64,000 nucleotides of DNA from Macrostomum lignano. Its lineage: Eukaryota. Positions 37,801 to 49,800 of this stretch are shown in pieces. A program made the position numbers and the translations under genes. Below the pieces are notes generated by a model. That model made no database searches and was not told the origin of the DNA. It worked only from the letters and a program-made list of their open reading frames with translations. The stretch is from positions 387,028 to 451,027 of the forward strand of contig NIVC01000132.1 of NCBI GenBank assembly GCA_002269645.1, given 5' to 3'. Numbering within the stretch: position 1 is the first letter of the stretch; each line of letters opens with the position of its first letter.

Positions 37801-40800
37801 AGCGACACAGAGGATCGTATAATGTCTCCGACTTGGACACAGCTGGAAACGCGGAAAACGAGGCGAGCTTCCGTAGGAAGCAATCAAGTCAACTAGCACA
37901 GAGAAATGACAGCGAGACTAACGAAACACAAGTGCCGTCAATGTCAAGAGACCCAGTTAGTCAAACAAAAAGTAGCGAACAGGACAACCAGGAGCAAGTC
38001 GGAAGTAGCAGTGCAGCAACAAAAGAAGCTTCGACACAGGATCAGCAACTGTCAATCGAAATTTCGGAGTCCTCGATCCGAGAGCTTCGTCACGAAAGCC
38101 AGTCAGCCGATCTCGCTGAAGAGACCGAGGAAAGCGTTCTTGCTCGAAAGCTGCAGCAGGGTACTGATGCTGAGCAGCGCGATGAGTCCCTTGGAGCAGA
38201 AGTCGACGACATAAAGAACTTGGTGAAGCACCTCGACCAGGACGTCGATGAGGTCCGGATCGAGTACGAGGACCAACAGATTTCGATGGAATTGCCGGAG
38301 CCCATCATCCACGAGCCTCGCCGCTACGGGCACTCGTTTGATCGCGATAGTCAAATTTCCAAGGAGAGCGATCGATCCTGGCAGTCAGACGATCTCCTGC
38401 ATCATATTAGGGACGCACCCGTCGACGAAAGAAACGAGAGTAGGTCGATAGATCTGGCTGAGCCAAAGTCATCAAAAATAGTAAAACGCTTGTCTTTGGG
38501 AAGTGCAGAGTTTCCGCCCATCGAATCAAAAGTAAGGCTGCGACACACATCTGGTGAGAGCTCGGCAAAGAGAGAAAAACCTCAGACGAGACCCCACAGT
38601 GTAAGTGTGACTGGAACGCACGACGATAAAAGTCAGAGCTCTGGTTCTCAAAGCTCGATGCCACTCGAGTCATCATACCCACCAAAGCACAAAAAGAACG
38701 TGTTCGGAAAGTTCCTGGGTGTTTTTAAGCGACACAGAGGATCGTATAATGTCTCCGACTTGGACACAGCTGGAAACGCGGAAAACGAGGCGAGCTTCCG
38801 TAGGAAGCAATCAAGTCAACTAGCACAGAGAAATGACAGCGAGACTAACGAAACACAAGTGCCGTCAATGTCAAGAGACCCAGATACAGTTAGTCAAACC
38901 AAAAGTAGCGAACAGGACAACCAGGAGCAAGTCGGAAGTAGCAGTGCAGCAACAAAAGAAGCTTTGACACAGGATCAGCAACTGTCAATCGAAATTTCGG
39001 AGTCCTCGATCCAAGAGCTTCGTCACGAAAGCCAGTCAGCCGATCTCGCTGAAGAGACCGAGGAAAGCGTGCTTGCTCGAAAGCTGCAGCAGGGTACTGA
39101 TGCTGAGCAGCGCGATGAGTCCATTGGAGCAGAAGTCGACGACATAAAGAGCTTGGTGATGCACCTCGACCAGGACGTCGATGAGGTCCGGATCGAGTAC
39201 GAGGACCAACAGGTTTCGATGGAATTGCCGGAGCCTCCGATCCGAGAGCTTCGTCACGAAAGCCAGTCAGCCGATCTCGCTGAAGAGACCGAGGAAAGCG
39301 TGCTTGCTCGAAAGCTGCAGCAGGGTACTGATGCTGAGCAGCGCGATGAGTCCATTGGAGCAGAAGTCGACGACATAAAGAGCTTGGTGATGCACCTCGA
39401 CCAGGACGTCGATGAGGTCCGGATCGAGTACGAGGACCAACAGGTTTCGATGGAATTGCCGGAGCCTCCGATCCGAAAGCTTCGTCACGAAAGCCAGTCA
39501 GCCGATCTCGCTGAAGAGACCGAGGAAAGCGTGCTTGCTCGAAAGCTGCAGCAGGGTACTGATGCTGAGCAGCGCGATGAGTCCATTGGAGCAGAAGTCG
39601 ACGACATAAAGAACTTGGTGAAGCACCTCGACCAGGACGTCGATGAGGTCCGGATCGAGTACGAGGACCAACAGATTTCGATGGAATTGCCGGAGCCCAT
39701 CATCCACGAGCCTCGCCGCTACGGGCACTCGTTTGATCGCGATAGTCAAATTTCCAAGGAGAGCGATCGATCCTTGCAGTCAGACGATCTCCTGCATCAT
39801 ATTAGGGACGCACCCGTCGACGAAAGAAACGAGAGTAGGTCGATAGATCTGGCTGAGCCAAAGTCATCAAAAATAGTAAAACGCTTGTCTTTGGGAAGTG
39901 CAGAGTTTCCGCCCATCGAATCAAAAGAAAGGCTGCGACACACATCTGGTGAGAGCTCGACAAAGAGAGAAAAACCTCAGACGAGACCCCACAGTGTAAG
40001 TGTGACTGGAACGCACGACGATAAAAGTCAGAGCTCTGGTTCTCAAAGCTCGATGCCACTCGAGTCATCATACCCACCAAAGCACAAAAAGAACGTGTTC
40101 GGAAAGTTCCTGGGTGTTTTTAAGCGACACAGAGGATCGTATAATGTCTCCGACTTGGACACAGCTGGAAACGCGGAAAACGAGGCGAGCTTCCGTAGGA
40201 AGCAATCAAGTCAACTAGCACAGAGAAATGACAGCGAGACTAACGAAACACAAGTGCCGTCAATGTCAAGAGACCCAGTTAGTCAAACAAAAAGTAGCGA
40301 ACAGGACAACCAGGAGCAAGTCGGAAGTAGCAGTGCAGCAACAAAAGAAGCTTCGACACAGGATCAGCAACTGTCAATCGAAATTTCGGAGTCCTCGATC
40401 CGAGAGCTTCGTCACGAAAGCCAGTCAGCCGATCTCGCTGAAGAGACTGAGGAAAGCGTTCTTGCTCGAAAGCTGCAGCAGGGTACTGATGCTGAGCAGC
40501 GCGATGAGTCCATTGGAGCAGAAGTCGACGACATAAAGAGCTTGGTGATGCACCTCGACCAGGACGTCGATGAGGTCCGGATCGAGTACGAGGACCAACA
40601 GGTTTCGATGGAATTGCCGGAGCCTCCGATCCGAGAGCTTCGTCACGAAAGCCAGTCAGCCGATCTCGCTGAAGAGACCGAGGAAAGCGTGCTTGCTCGA
40701 AAGCTGCAGCAGGGTACTGATGCTGAGCAGCGCGATGAGTCCCTTGGAGCAGAAGTCGACGACATAAATAGCTTGGTGATGCACCTCGACCAGGACGTCG

Positions 40801-43800
40801 ATGAGGTCCGAATCGAGTACGAGGACCAACAGGTTTCGATGGAATTGCCGGAGCCTCCGATCCGAGAGCTTCGTCACGAAAGCCAGTCAGCCGATCTCGC
40901 TGAAGAGACCGAGGAAAGCGTGCTTGCTCGAAAGCTGCAGCAGGGTACTGATGCTGAGCAGCGCGATGAGTCCATTGGAGCAGAAGTCGACGACATAAAG
41001 AGCTTGGTGATGCACCTCGACCAGGACGTCGATGAGGTCCGGATCGAGTACGAGGACCAACAGGTTTCGATGGAATTGCCGGAGCCTCCGATCCGAGAGC
41101 TTCGTCACGAAAGCCAGTCAGCCGATCTCGCTGAAGAGACCGAGGAAAGCGTGCTTGCTCGAAAGCTGCAGCAGGGTACTGATGCTGAGCAGCGCGATGA
41201 GTCCATTGGAGCAGAAGTCGACGACATAAAGAACTTGGTGAAGCACCTCGACCAGGACGTCGATGAGGTCCGAATCGAGTACGAGGACCAACAGATTTCG
41301 ATGGAATTGCCGGAGCCCATCATCCACGAGCCTCGCCGCTACGGGCACTCGTTTGATCGCGATAGTCAAATTTCCAAGGAGAGCGATCGATCCTGGCAGT
41401 CAGACGATCTCCTGCATCATATTAGGGACGCACCCGTCGACGAAAGAAACGAGAGTAGGTCGATAGATCTGGCTGAGCCAAAGTCATCAAAAATAGTAAA
41501 ACGCTTGTCTTTGGGAAGTGCAGAGTTTCCGCCCATCGAATCAAAAGAAAGGCTGCGACACACATCTGGTGAGAGCTCGACAAAGAGAGAAAAACCTCAG
41601 ACGAGACCCCACAGTGTAAGTGTGACTGGAACGCACGACGATAAAAGTCAGAGCTCTGGTTCTCAAAGCTCGATGCCACTCGAGTCATCATACCCACCAA
41701 AGCACAAAAAGAACGTGTTCGGAAAGTTCCTGGGTGTTTTTAAGCGACACAGAGGATCGTATAATGTCTCCGACTTGGACACAGCTGGAAACGCGGAAAA
41801 CGAGGCGAGCTTCCGTAGGAAGCAATCAAGTCAACTAGCACAGAGAAATGACAGCGAGACTAACGAAACACAAGTGCCGTCAATGTCAAGAGACCCAGAT
41901 ATAGTTAGTCAAACCAAAAGTAGCGAACAGGACAACCAGGAGCAAGTCGGAAGTAGCAGTGCAGCAACAAAAGAAGCTTCGACACAGGATCAGCAACTGT
42001 CAATCGAAATTTCGGAGCCTCCGATCCGAGAGCTTCGTGACGAAAGCCAGTCAGCCGATCTCGCTGAAGAGACCGAGGAAAGCGTGCTTGCTCGAAAGCT
42101 GCAGCAGGGTACTGATGCTGAGCAGCGCGATGAGTCCATTGGAGCAGAAGTCGACGACATAAAGAGCTTGGTGATGCACCTCGACCAGGACGTCGATGAG
42201 GTCGGGATCGAATACGAGGACCAACAGGTTTCGATGGAATTGCCGGAGCCTCCGATCCGAGAGCTTCGTCACGAAAGCCAGTCAGCCGATCTCGCTGAAG
42301 AGACTGAGGAAAGCGTGCTTGCTCGAAAGCTGCAGCAGGGTACTGATGCTGAGCAGCGCGATGAGTCCCTTGGAGCAGAAGTCGACGACATAAAGAGCTT
42401 GGTGATGCACCTCGACCAGGACGTCGATGAGGTCCGGATCGAATACGAGGACCAACAGGTTTCGATGGAATTGCCGGAGCCTCCGATCCGAGAGCTTCGT
42501 CACGAAAGCCAGTCAGCCGATCTCGCTGAAGAGACCGAGGAAAGCGTGCTTGCTCGAAAGCTGCAGCAGGGTACTGATGCTGAGCAGCGCGATGAGTCCA
42601 TTGGAGCAGAAGTCGACGACAAAAAGAGCTTGGTGATGCACCTCGACCAGGACGTCGATGAGGACCGGATCGAGTGCGAGGACCAACAGATTTCGATGGA
42701 ATTGCTGGAGCCTCCGATCCGAGAGCTTCGTGACGAAAGCCAGTCAGCCGATCTCGCTGAAGAGACCGAGGAAAGCGTGCTTGCTCGAAAGCTTCAGCAG
42801 GGTACTGATGCTGAGCAGCGCGATGAGTCCATTGGAGCAGAAGTCGACGACATAAAGAACTTGGTGAAGCACCTCGACCAGGACGTCGATGAGGTCCGGA
42901 TCGAGTACGAGGACCAACAGGTTTCGATGGAATTGCCGGAGCCTCCGATCCGAGAGCTTCGTCACGAAAGCCAGTCAGCCGATCTCGCTGAAGAGACCGA
43001 GGAAAGCGTTCTTGCTCGAAAGCTGCAGCAGGGTACTGATGCTGAGCAGCGCGATGAGTCCCTTGGAGCAGAAGTCGACGACATAAAGAGCTTGGTGATG
43101 CACCTCGACCAGGACGTCGATGAGGTCCGGATCGAGTACGAGGACCAACAGGTTTCGATGGAATTGCTGGAGCCTCCGATCCGAGAGCTTCGTCACGAAA
43201 GCCAGTCAGCCGATCTCGCTGAAGAGACCGAGGAAAGCGTGCTTGCTCGAAAGCTGCAGCAGGGTACTGATGCTGAGCAGCGCGATGAGTCCATTGGAGC
43301 AGAAGTCGACGACATAAAGAACTTGGTGAAGCACCTCGACCAGGACGTCGATGAGGTCCGGATCGAGTACGAGGACCAACAGATTTCGATGGAATTGCAG
43401 GAAGCGTCTTCAGGGCAAGAGAAAGCTTCAAGTGATCTTGAAAAAGGCACTAACGAAATTAGTTTTCCAAGTGAAGCCATAGATATAGTACGCTGCCTTG
43501 AGTTCAATGATAATCCTAACACTAGCGTGCCATCTTATATTTATGCAAAGCCGACTATAAAAGAAGGCATGGATCCGATGAGTAAGTTGGATTTCACTTG
43601 TCTAGACGACACGTCGACAGATATTTCAAATAGAACCCCAGCAGCTGCAGGTGTCGAAAACGTGACTTTTCAAACTGAAAGGTCAGTCAAAGGCTTGCTC
43701 GACAGGAACCTAGCTGAAGAATCGGATAAATCAACTGCATCGCACGCCAGTCAAAACAGTCCTGAATTTGAAGGAGCCTCCCCTCTGTCAGAGACCGCGT

Positions 43801-46800
43801 CATTGGATCAAAATCACAGTTTGTCTGTACACACTGTCACTCAGGGAGGCTTTCAGCCAGAACACATTGAATCAGAAGAAGAAAAAACGTGCTTTAAAGA
43901 TGCTCACAGCGAGGATAAGCCGTTTGACTCAAATACTAACAGTAGCGTGGTAGATACTGTTTCACCCTCGAGTACTGTCTCTCACTACTACGACAACCAG
44001 CCTTCACGCAAGTCGTACAGCTTAGAAGAATCGAATTCGCCACGTTCCAACAACGAAAATTTGCGGGATTCTTCACCTCTAAGCAACGATAGCAAACTCT
44101 CGAATGATAAGGCACTTGTCCAAACCGAGGTTCAACAAGCAGAGCTTAAACAAGAGCAAGCAGAAAATTCTTCAGATCCTGAATTGAATGCAATTGAGAT
44201 AAGTGCCGCTACAACTGCGCATGAAATCAGTTTGCCAAAAGTGCTCGATGGAACCCCAACACTGGTGCGCCAAGAGTGTGAATCCAGAGAATCGCTCCAG
44301 TCAGTAATCGAGTCTGCCAGTTCTGCAGCAGAAGGCGCCGACACAGGCACTCGTGGCCAGTTGGATGATGTTGTCCAGCAGCCGGGTCGCCTGTCTGCCA
44401 GTGAGGACGAGGACAGCGAGGCGGACAATGACGAGCCTCCGTACTTCTTTGATGGCGGCAGTGTAAGCTTTTTTTAATCTACTAAATTATTTTTGTTTCA
44501 GTATGCATCGTCTCTTTTGGGGGGGGGGGGGCGTAGCCCAGCGGTCTAGCGCAGGCTCTGGTGTGCCAGCGACCCAGGCTCGATTCCAAGTGCAGTCACA
44601 TTAATTTGGGGCTAAATTGGAATCTCGGCTTGGCTCTGCTCGTGCAATTAACGGCCTTGAGAGCCAACCCCCCAAGGCGCAGTGAAGTGTACATGCCTAA
44701 CGATAATATAAAGTTAGGGCCGCTGTACACTCCTGTGTGAGTGTGTGCCTGCGTACGTATCCGCGCTTGTATGCCTGCTCAGGGGAGTCGGCGGAATGGG
44801 CAGTAATGCCTCTCGCCGGTTGTGTGTTGATGTCGCTTAAAGTGCGCCAGGGTGCACACAACCCATTTGCCTCTAATAAAAAATGCGTTACCTTAAATGT
44901 GCCTCGCAAGGGCGCCTATAGTAAATGATTTAGTATATTCGAAGATATTGAGAAGCAATAGTTTCAAAGGGTGAATAAGATTTTCCCGCTGAGGTTTACG
45001 AAGGAAATATACTACGATATTTTTATTTAGATGATGAGATGAGATTTAGTTGATGAGACAAACTAATGGGAAAAATATCGTCGGAAAAAATTCTTTGCAT
45101 GAAATTTTAATGCTCCAGCTTTAAAGCAATGCCTCTAAAAGCGATTTTCTTGTAACTCCTTCATAGATTGCCGCTAATCAGACCAACGCTACGCTCAATT
45201 CCAAATGGACCGAGCAGAGCAAATTACGGGATGGCCGCAGTCCGGAGCCGATCGGTCCAAACACGCATGTCGAAGAAGCAGACCACCATGCCATAATGTC
45301 CAACGGCACTGATGTTATGATTTCGACACTAGCCAAGATGCCTGGAGCGAATCAGAAGCCATCCAGGGCTCAAGACGCTGCCAAGTTCGGAGTATTTCGA
45401 TACAGTTCCTATAACTTGCAAGGCGCCAGCGGATTTGTGAAAGGTGACCGTCTGGCCTCCGGTTGCAGCAGCGAAACTGACGGCAGCAGCAGCGACGACA
45501 GCAGCAGCTGTAGCGAAGATTCGTTCAAACAGCGACTGGCTAAGAAGTTCTCAGCTGAGCCAGCATCGTTAAGGTTGAGTAGGCGGCAAGTCAACTGGAA
45601 AAAGCCCTCTGGAGACCACTGGCAAAGCGAGGCGTTTAACAGCCCGAGCGGGGACGGGCCTCGAGCCGGCTCAGACAGAGAGCTCAGCAATTCTCTGCAA
45701 TTCGGCGACGGCAGCCATGGGGACACTCTGGAGTTCCAGCTGACGAACGAATCTGCCATTGAAGATTTGGAGCGGCGAAAAAATGCCAAAGGATTCTCAA
45801 CTCTGAAGCCGGTAAGAGTTCTTTTAGATAGGAAATCGAGGGATAGCAAGGATGTAACCTAAATGGGATATCTCGGGATAGGAAATCGAGGGATAGCAAG
45901 GATGTAACCTAAATGGGATATCTCGGGATAGGAAATCGAGGGAGAACAATGATGTGACCTAGATCGAATGTCTCGGAATAGGAAATCGAGGGAGAACAAG
46001 GATGTGACCTAGATGGAATATCTCAGAATAGGAAATCGAGGGAGAACAAGGATGTGACCTAGATCTAGGTGGAATGTCTCCGAATTTTTTTTCAACCAGT
46101 CCGACAAGTTGTCGATAACAGTCGGTTCGGTATGGAGCTTTACTTTGGGCTGCATTCCGGCGAATAAGTTGAAAGCTCCTTTACCTGTGATATTCTACAG
46201 GTGACATGAAGCTATATATATATTTTTGAACTATACAGATAATTCCATTCCGAGCGCGACTCCCAGTGCAAATACGGTATGGACACAGCATTGTGATTTA
46301 CGGCCGAATGACCAACTACTCTTCAGCTGGGTGAGACTAACTGTTAAAATGTATCTTTAAATATAGTTTTTCATGCGCTGAACAAGCGTTTAAAATATTG
46401 GTAAAAATCACACTGCTGCTCTTCAGGCTTAAATTGTCTTTGGAAAATCTCGATTACTCGCCCGGTGCCCAGGCCTTCGAGTTGCTGATTTCCTTCCCTG
46501 GCGGAGCCGACCAGCCGTCGCTGATGCACACCTGCCAGCTAATTGGGGGGCAACCCGTCTGCGAGGCGAAGGCGCTGCTGTCACCAAAGCAGAACGACGA
46601 GTTTCGTCTGGTGATTTGTTTCAAGCGACTGGGACTCAGCGTAAGATTTCTAACCTTACTTCTTGGGCATCTGACGAGTAGCCGCAGACCAGAACAGCTG
46701 GGAGTTTGAAGAGGATTTAATGAGGAGTCCACCGTTTTTTTCATCCAACTCTTGTTTAATTCGAAAGGCGACGAAAAGTTGTTTGCAATCTGGAAGGATC

Positions 46801-49800
46801 TGTCTTGGCATTGAGTTGGCGTAGGTTTAACCTGACGAACTATTTTTTTCAACCGGTTTTCAGACGGCTCTCGCCGACACGGAATGCGTGTTACCGCATC
46901 ACATTCCGGTGTCCGACTTCACTCACCTGGTGCTGCACCCCGACTGCGAGTACACTAGCGTGGAGTTTCACGAACGCCTGGAGCTGCCGCTACGCGAACA
47001 CCTGGCCTGCCCGCTCAGCCTGGTTGAATCTGTGCGGCTCGGCCTTCGGCCGGACAGCAGCTCCACCGGCCTCCTGTTCGGCCTGGCCGACGGCGCGGCC
47101 ATGACCTGCTCGCTCAGCATCGCCAGCCTGACAGCTACGGTAGGTCGAGCCGATCCGGACGACACTTGCAGCAGCAACGGCGGCGACGACGGTGGCGGCT
47201 TCGTCAAGGAGATGGAGAAACGCGGTTTAAACCAGCTGGCGAAACTGCGCAGCGTTTTGCTGACAATTCACGGCCAGGTGGTTCGGGTGAGTTTCTCAGG
47301 GGTGCTGCAGCCAATTAAGGCGAAAATGGAGTCGCAGCTAACAGGAAGGCAGAAGTACGAGTATAGCCCTGGAATTCTCCTTGTAGGGCATGTACAGGCA
47401 TGTGGGTAGTTTAATGTTTCAGGTTTCTTAAGTAGTCTTTAGGTCAGACTGTTTTTCCACTCTGATACCTGCTAATCCACCGCGTCTAATAATAGAACTA
47501 GACAACATAGATCAGACCATTTTAATGTACTTGCATAGGCAATTAAAGTAGAAGGACACGAAACTTTATTTTCCTAGAAATGGGCTGGAGGCTGCGTTGA
47601 ATCCAGCAACGCCATAGACACTTGTGCGCGTGATCTAGGCGTTGCTGAATTTAGCACACTCGTGCGCCACCCATTATCCCGAGTTCCGACCTTCGTCTAA
47701 CCACCCATTTGTCGCTCGGAAGTACCATAGACAAAACCATTATCCAGAACTCAAGGACTAAATGCTGCCGTATTGGAGAAGTATGGGGGAAACTGTACGC
47801 CTACATTTTCTGGAAGTACAGTACATTTTGTAATTTATAGTATATGTGCCAATAGGAATTATTGACTGATCGGTGTTCGTTTATTGTGTCTGAAATGCAT
47901 TAATAATGAGTTTCAATTAGGCAGATTTCTCGTTAACTCCGAATTCAGATTCATATTAATGGCGAGTACATAATGACGTACTTGATGAAGTTGGATGCTA
48001 GAAGAGTGAAGAGCCTGTACATTGAAGGCGATCTAATGCTGGAGGATTTCAAAATCAAGGAGATGGTGAGAGTTTGAAATTATAAAATTTTGTTTTAAGA
48101 AAGCACATGCCTAATTGCAATTAACAATTTTTAACAAAAAATCTCTCATATCTTGCCATATCTCGTCCAATCAGAGCTCACTACCTCACCCATAGCCCTG
48201 CCCGATGAATCGTGTCTGCTATCCGCTCAGCCAATCGGAGCTCACTACCTCACCCATAGCCCTGCCCGATGAATCGTGTCTGCTATCCGCTCAGCCAATC
48301 GGAGCTCACTACCTCACCCATAGCCCTGCCCGATGAATCGTGTCTGCTATCCGCTCAGCCAATCGGAACTTACTACCTCGCCCCATCATTCCCTCCAGCG
48401 AGCCAATCCACTGACGGCTCTTCCCAAGCAGCTGCCAGTAGGCGGCCAGATTCGAATCTGGGCCCGGTTGCTGCCGTCGGCCGCTTCGATGCCGGCCGGC
48501 AACAACTGTCGAATTTCGCTTCGAACCGGCGCTGACCCGAGCTCAGCGGACTTTGCCCTCCTTGCCCGGGTGGCGCCCAGCAGAGAATCGGACAGCGGCG
48601 CCGTCGGCTGTCTGGCCCTCAGCGCCATCGTCAACGGTCAGCAGAGCGACGAAGCAGTGGACGCCACCAGCCGCAGCGACGCAAAAGATAGGGACGGCTT
48701 CGCCTTCGAGACGACGATCGTCCGACGCTTGAAGGACTTCTACGTAGTGTTGGACAGCGGGCACAACGCCAGCCTGCGCCACCGGATCGACCCGGACCTG
48801 GTGACTCATCTGCACCTGGCTGGCGCCGCCACCGCCTTTCTGTTTGTCAGCTTCCCAGCCAGCCTGTGGCTTCCCTACACCAATCGCCTGCCGCCGATGG
48901 ATCCGAGTCGGCCGGGCCGGTTGATCCGTCTCGGTCTGTCGGACGGGGCCGACCTGGCCGAGACCGACGGGGGCAACTACGGAGCGTAAGTGTCGATTAG
49001 GCCCAGGGTCCAGATTTCAGTATCCCATGCAGTTTGGCCTTTTTACAGAAAATCTTAAGATGAAAGAGACATCAGGTTTGGAAGAGATATGGAAGCAACG
49101 ACCAAGCAAACCCGGTACAGTTTAACTTGGTGTTTCAAGCCGTTTTCCACTGATGAAGTAGGGCGCTACCTCAAAAAGTCGAATTAGATAGTCTACGCTA
49201 CTTATCAAGTAGTATGACGCATGTCTTACACGTGTATGTTATTTTAATGTTTAATAAAAATGAGGGCAAAGTAGATCAGCGGTTAACGCGTCTGTCTGAT
49301 TCTGCAGCGCAGAAGTGCCCGGGTTCGATTCCGTGCGCGGCTTGAGACATGCAACTGCGCCCATCAGCTTAGCTTCTTTCGATGGGAAACGTTCTCATTT
49401 TCTTGAGAATTTCCAATTTGCAGCAGCCGCACCGTTTCGCTGGCCATCGGCGCCGATCCGGACGGCGTCAAGCCGCTGATCTGCGAGTTCTGCCTGACCG
49501 ACAGCGGCCAGCAGGCGGCCCTGGCCTGGATGAACGACGCCCGCCAGACTCGAGTGGCTGAGCTGTGCCCGGTGCCGCTGTTTAGCGAGATTCGAACCAT
49601 CGACCTACTGCTGGCGGATAACGGCGATTGCAAAGTGAGTGGCAAAGCAAAAAGTTGATTTCCCTGTCCGATCGTTGATTTCCCTGTCCGATAGTTGATT
49701 TCCCTGTCCAAATGTTGATTTCCCTGTCCGATAGTTGCTTACCCTGTCCGATAGTTGATTTCCCTGTCCGATAGTTGATTTCCCTGTCCGATAGTTGATT

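Noticed and set aside
10283-43522. Hundreds of 65-120-aa ORFs in other frames and antisense, including 41905..43431 (508 aa)
   Set aside because: Shadows of the coding repeat; they recur at the 231 and 1395-bp periods and have no independent signal.
9411-44462. Identity with known giant flatworm adhesive proteins (Mlig-ap1/ap2 type), titin or AHNAK
   Set aside because: No signal peptide and no vWF, TSP, C-type lectin, Ig, FN3 or PDZ domain seen; the repeats match none I recognise. The analogy is architectural only.
46100-46186. Possible cassette exon SDKLSITVGSVWSFTLGCIPANKLKAPLP
   Set aside because: Good acceptor and open phase-0/0 frame, but the donor (CCT|GTGATA) is weak; the stronger donor at 46201 breaks frame. 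Needs RNA-seq.
47287-47409. Continuation of ORF 46888..47409 past VVR
   Set aside because: A perfect GTGAGT donor at the conserved position and a better galectin C-terminus in exon 47949-48065.
44528-49345. Functional tRNA genes at 44528 and 49268
   Set aside because: A and B boxes are present, but I could not fold a canonical acceptor stem or 7-nt anticodon loop.
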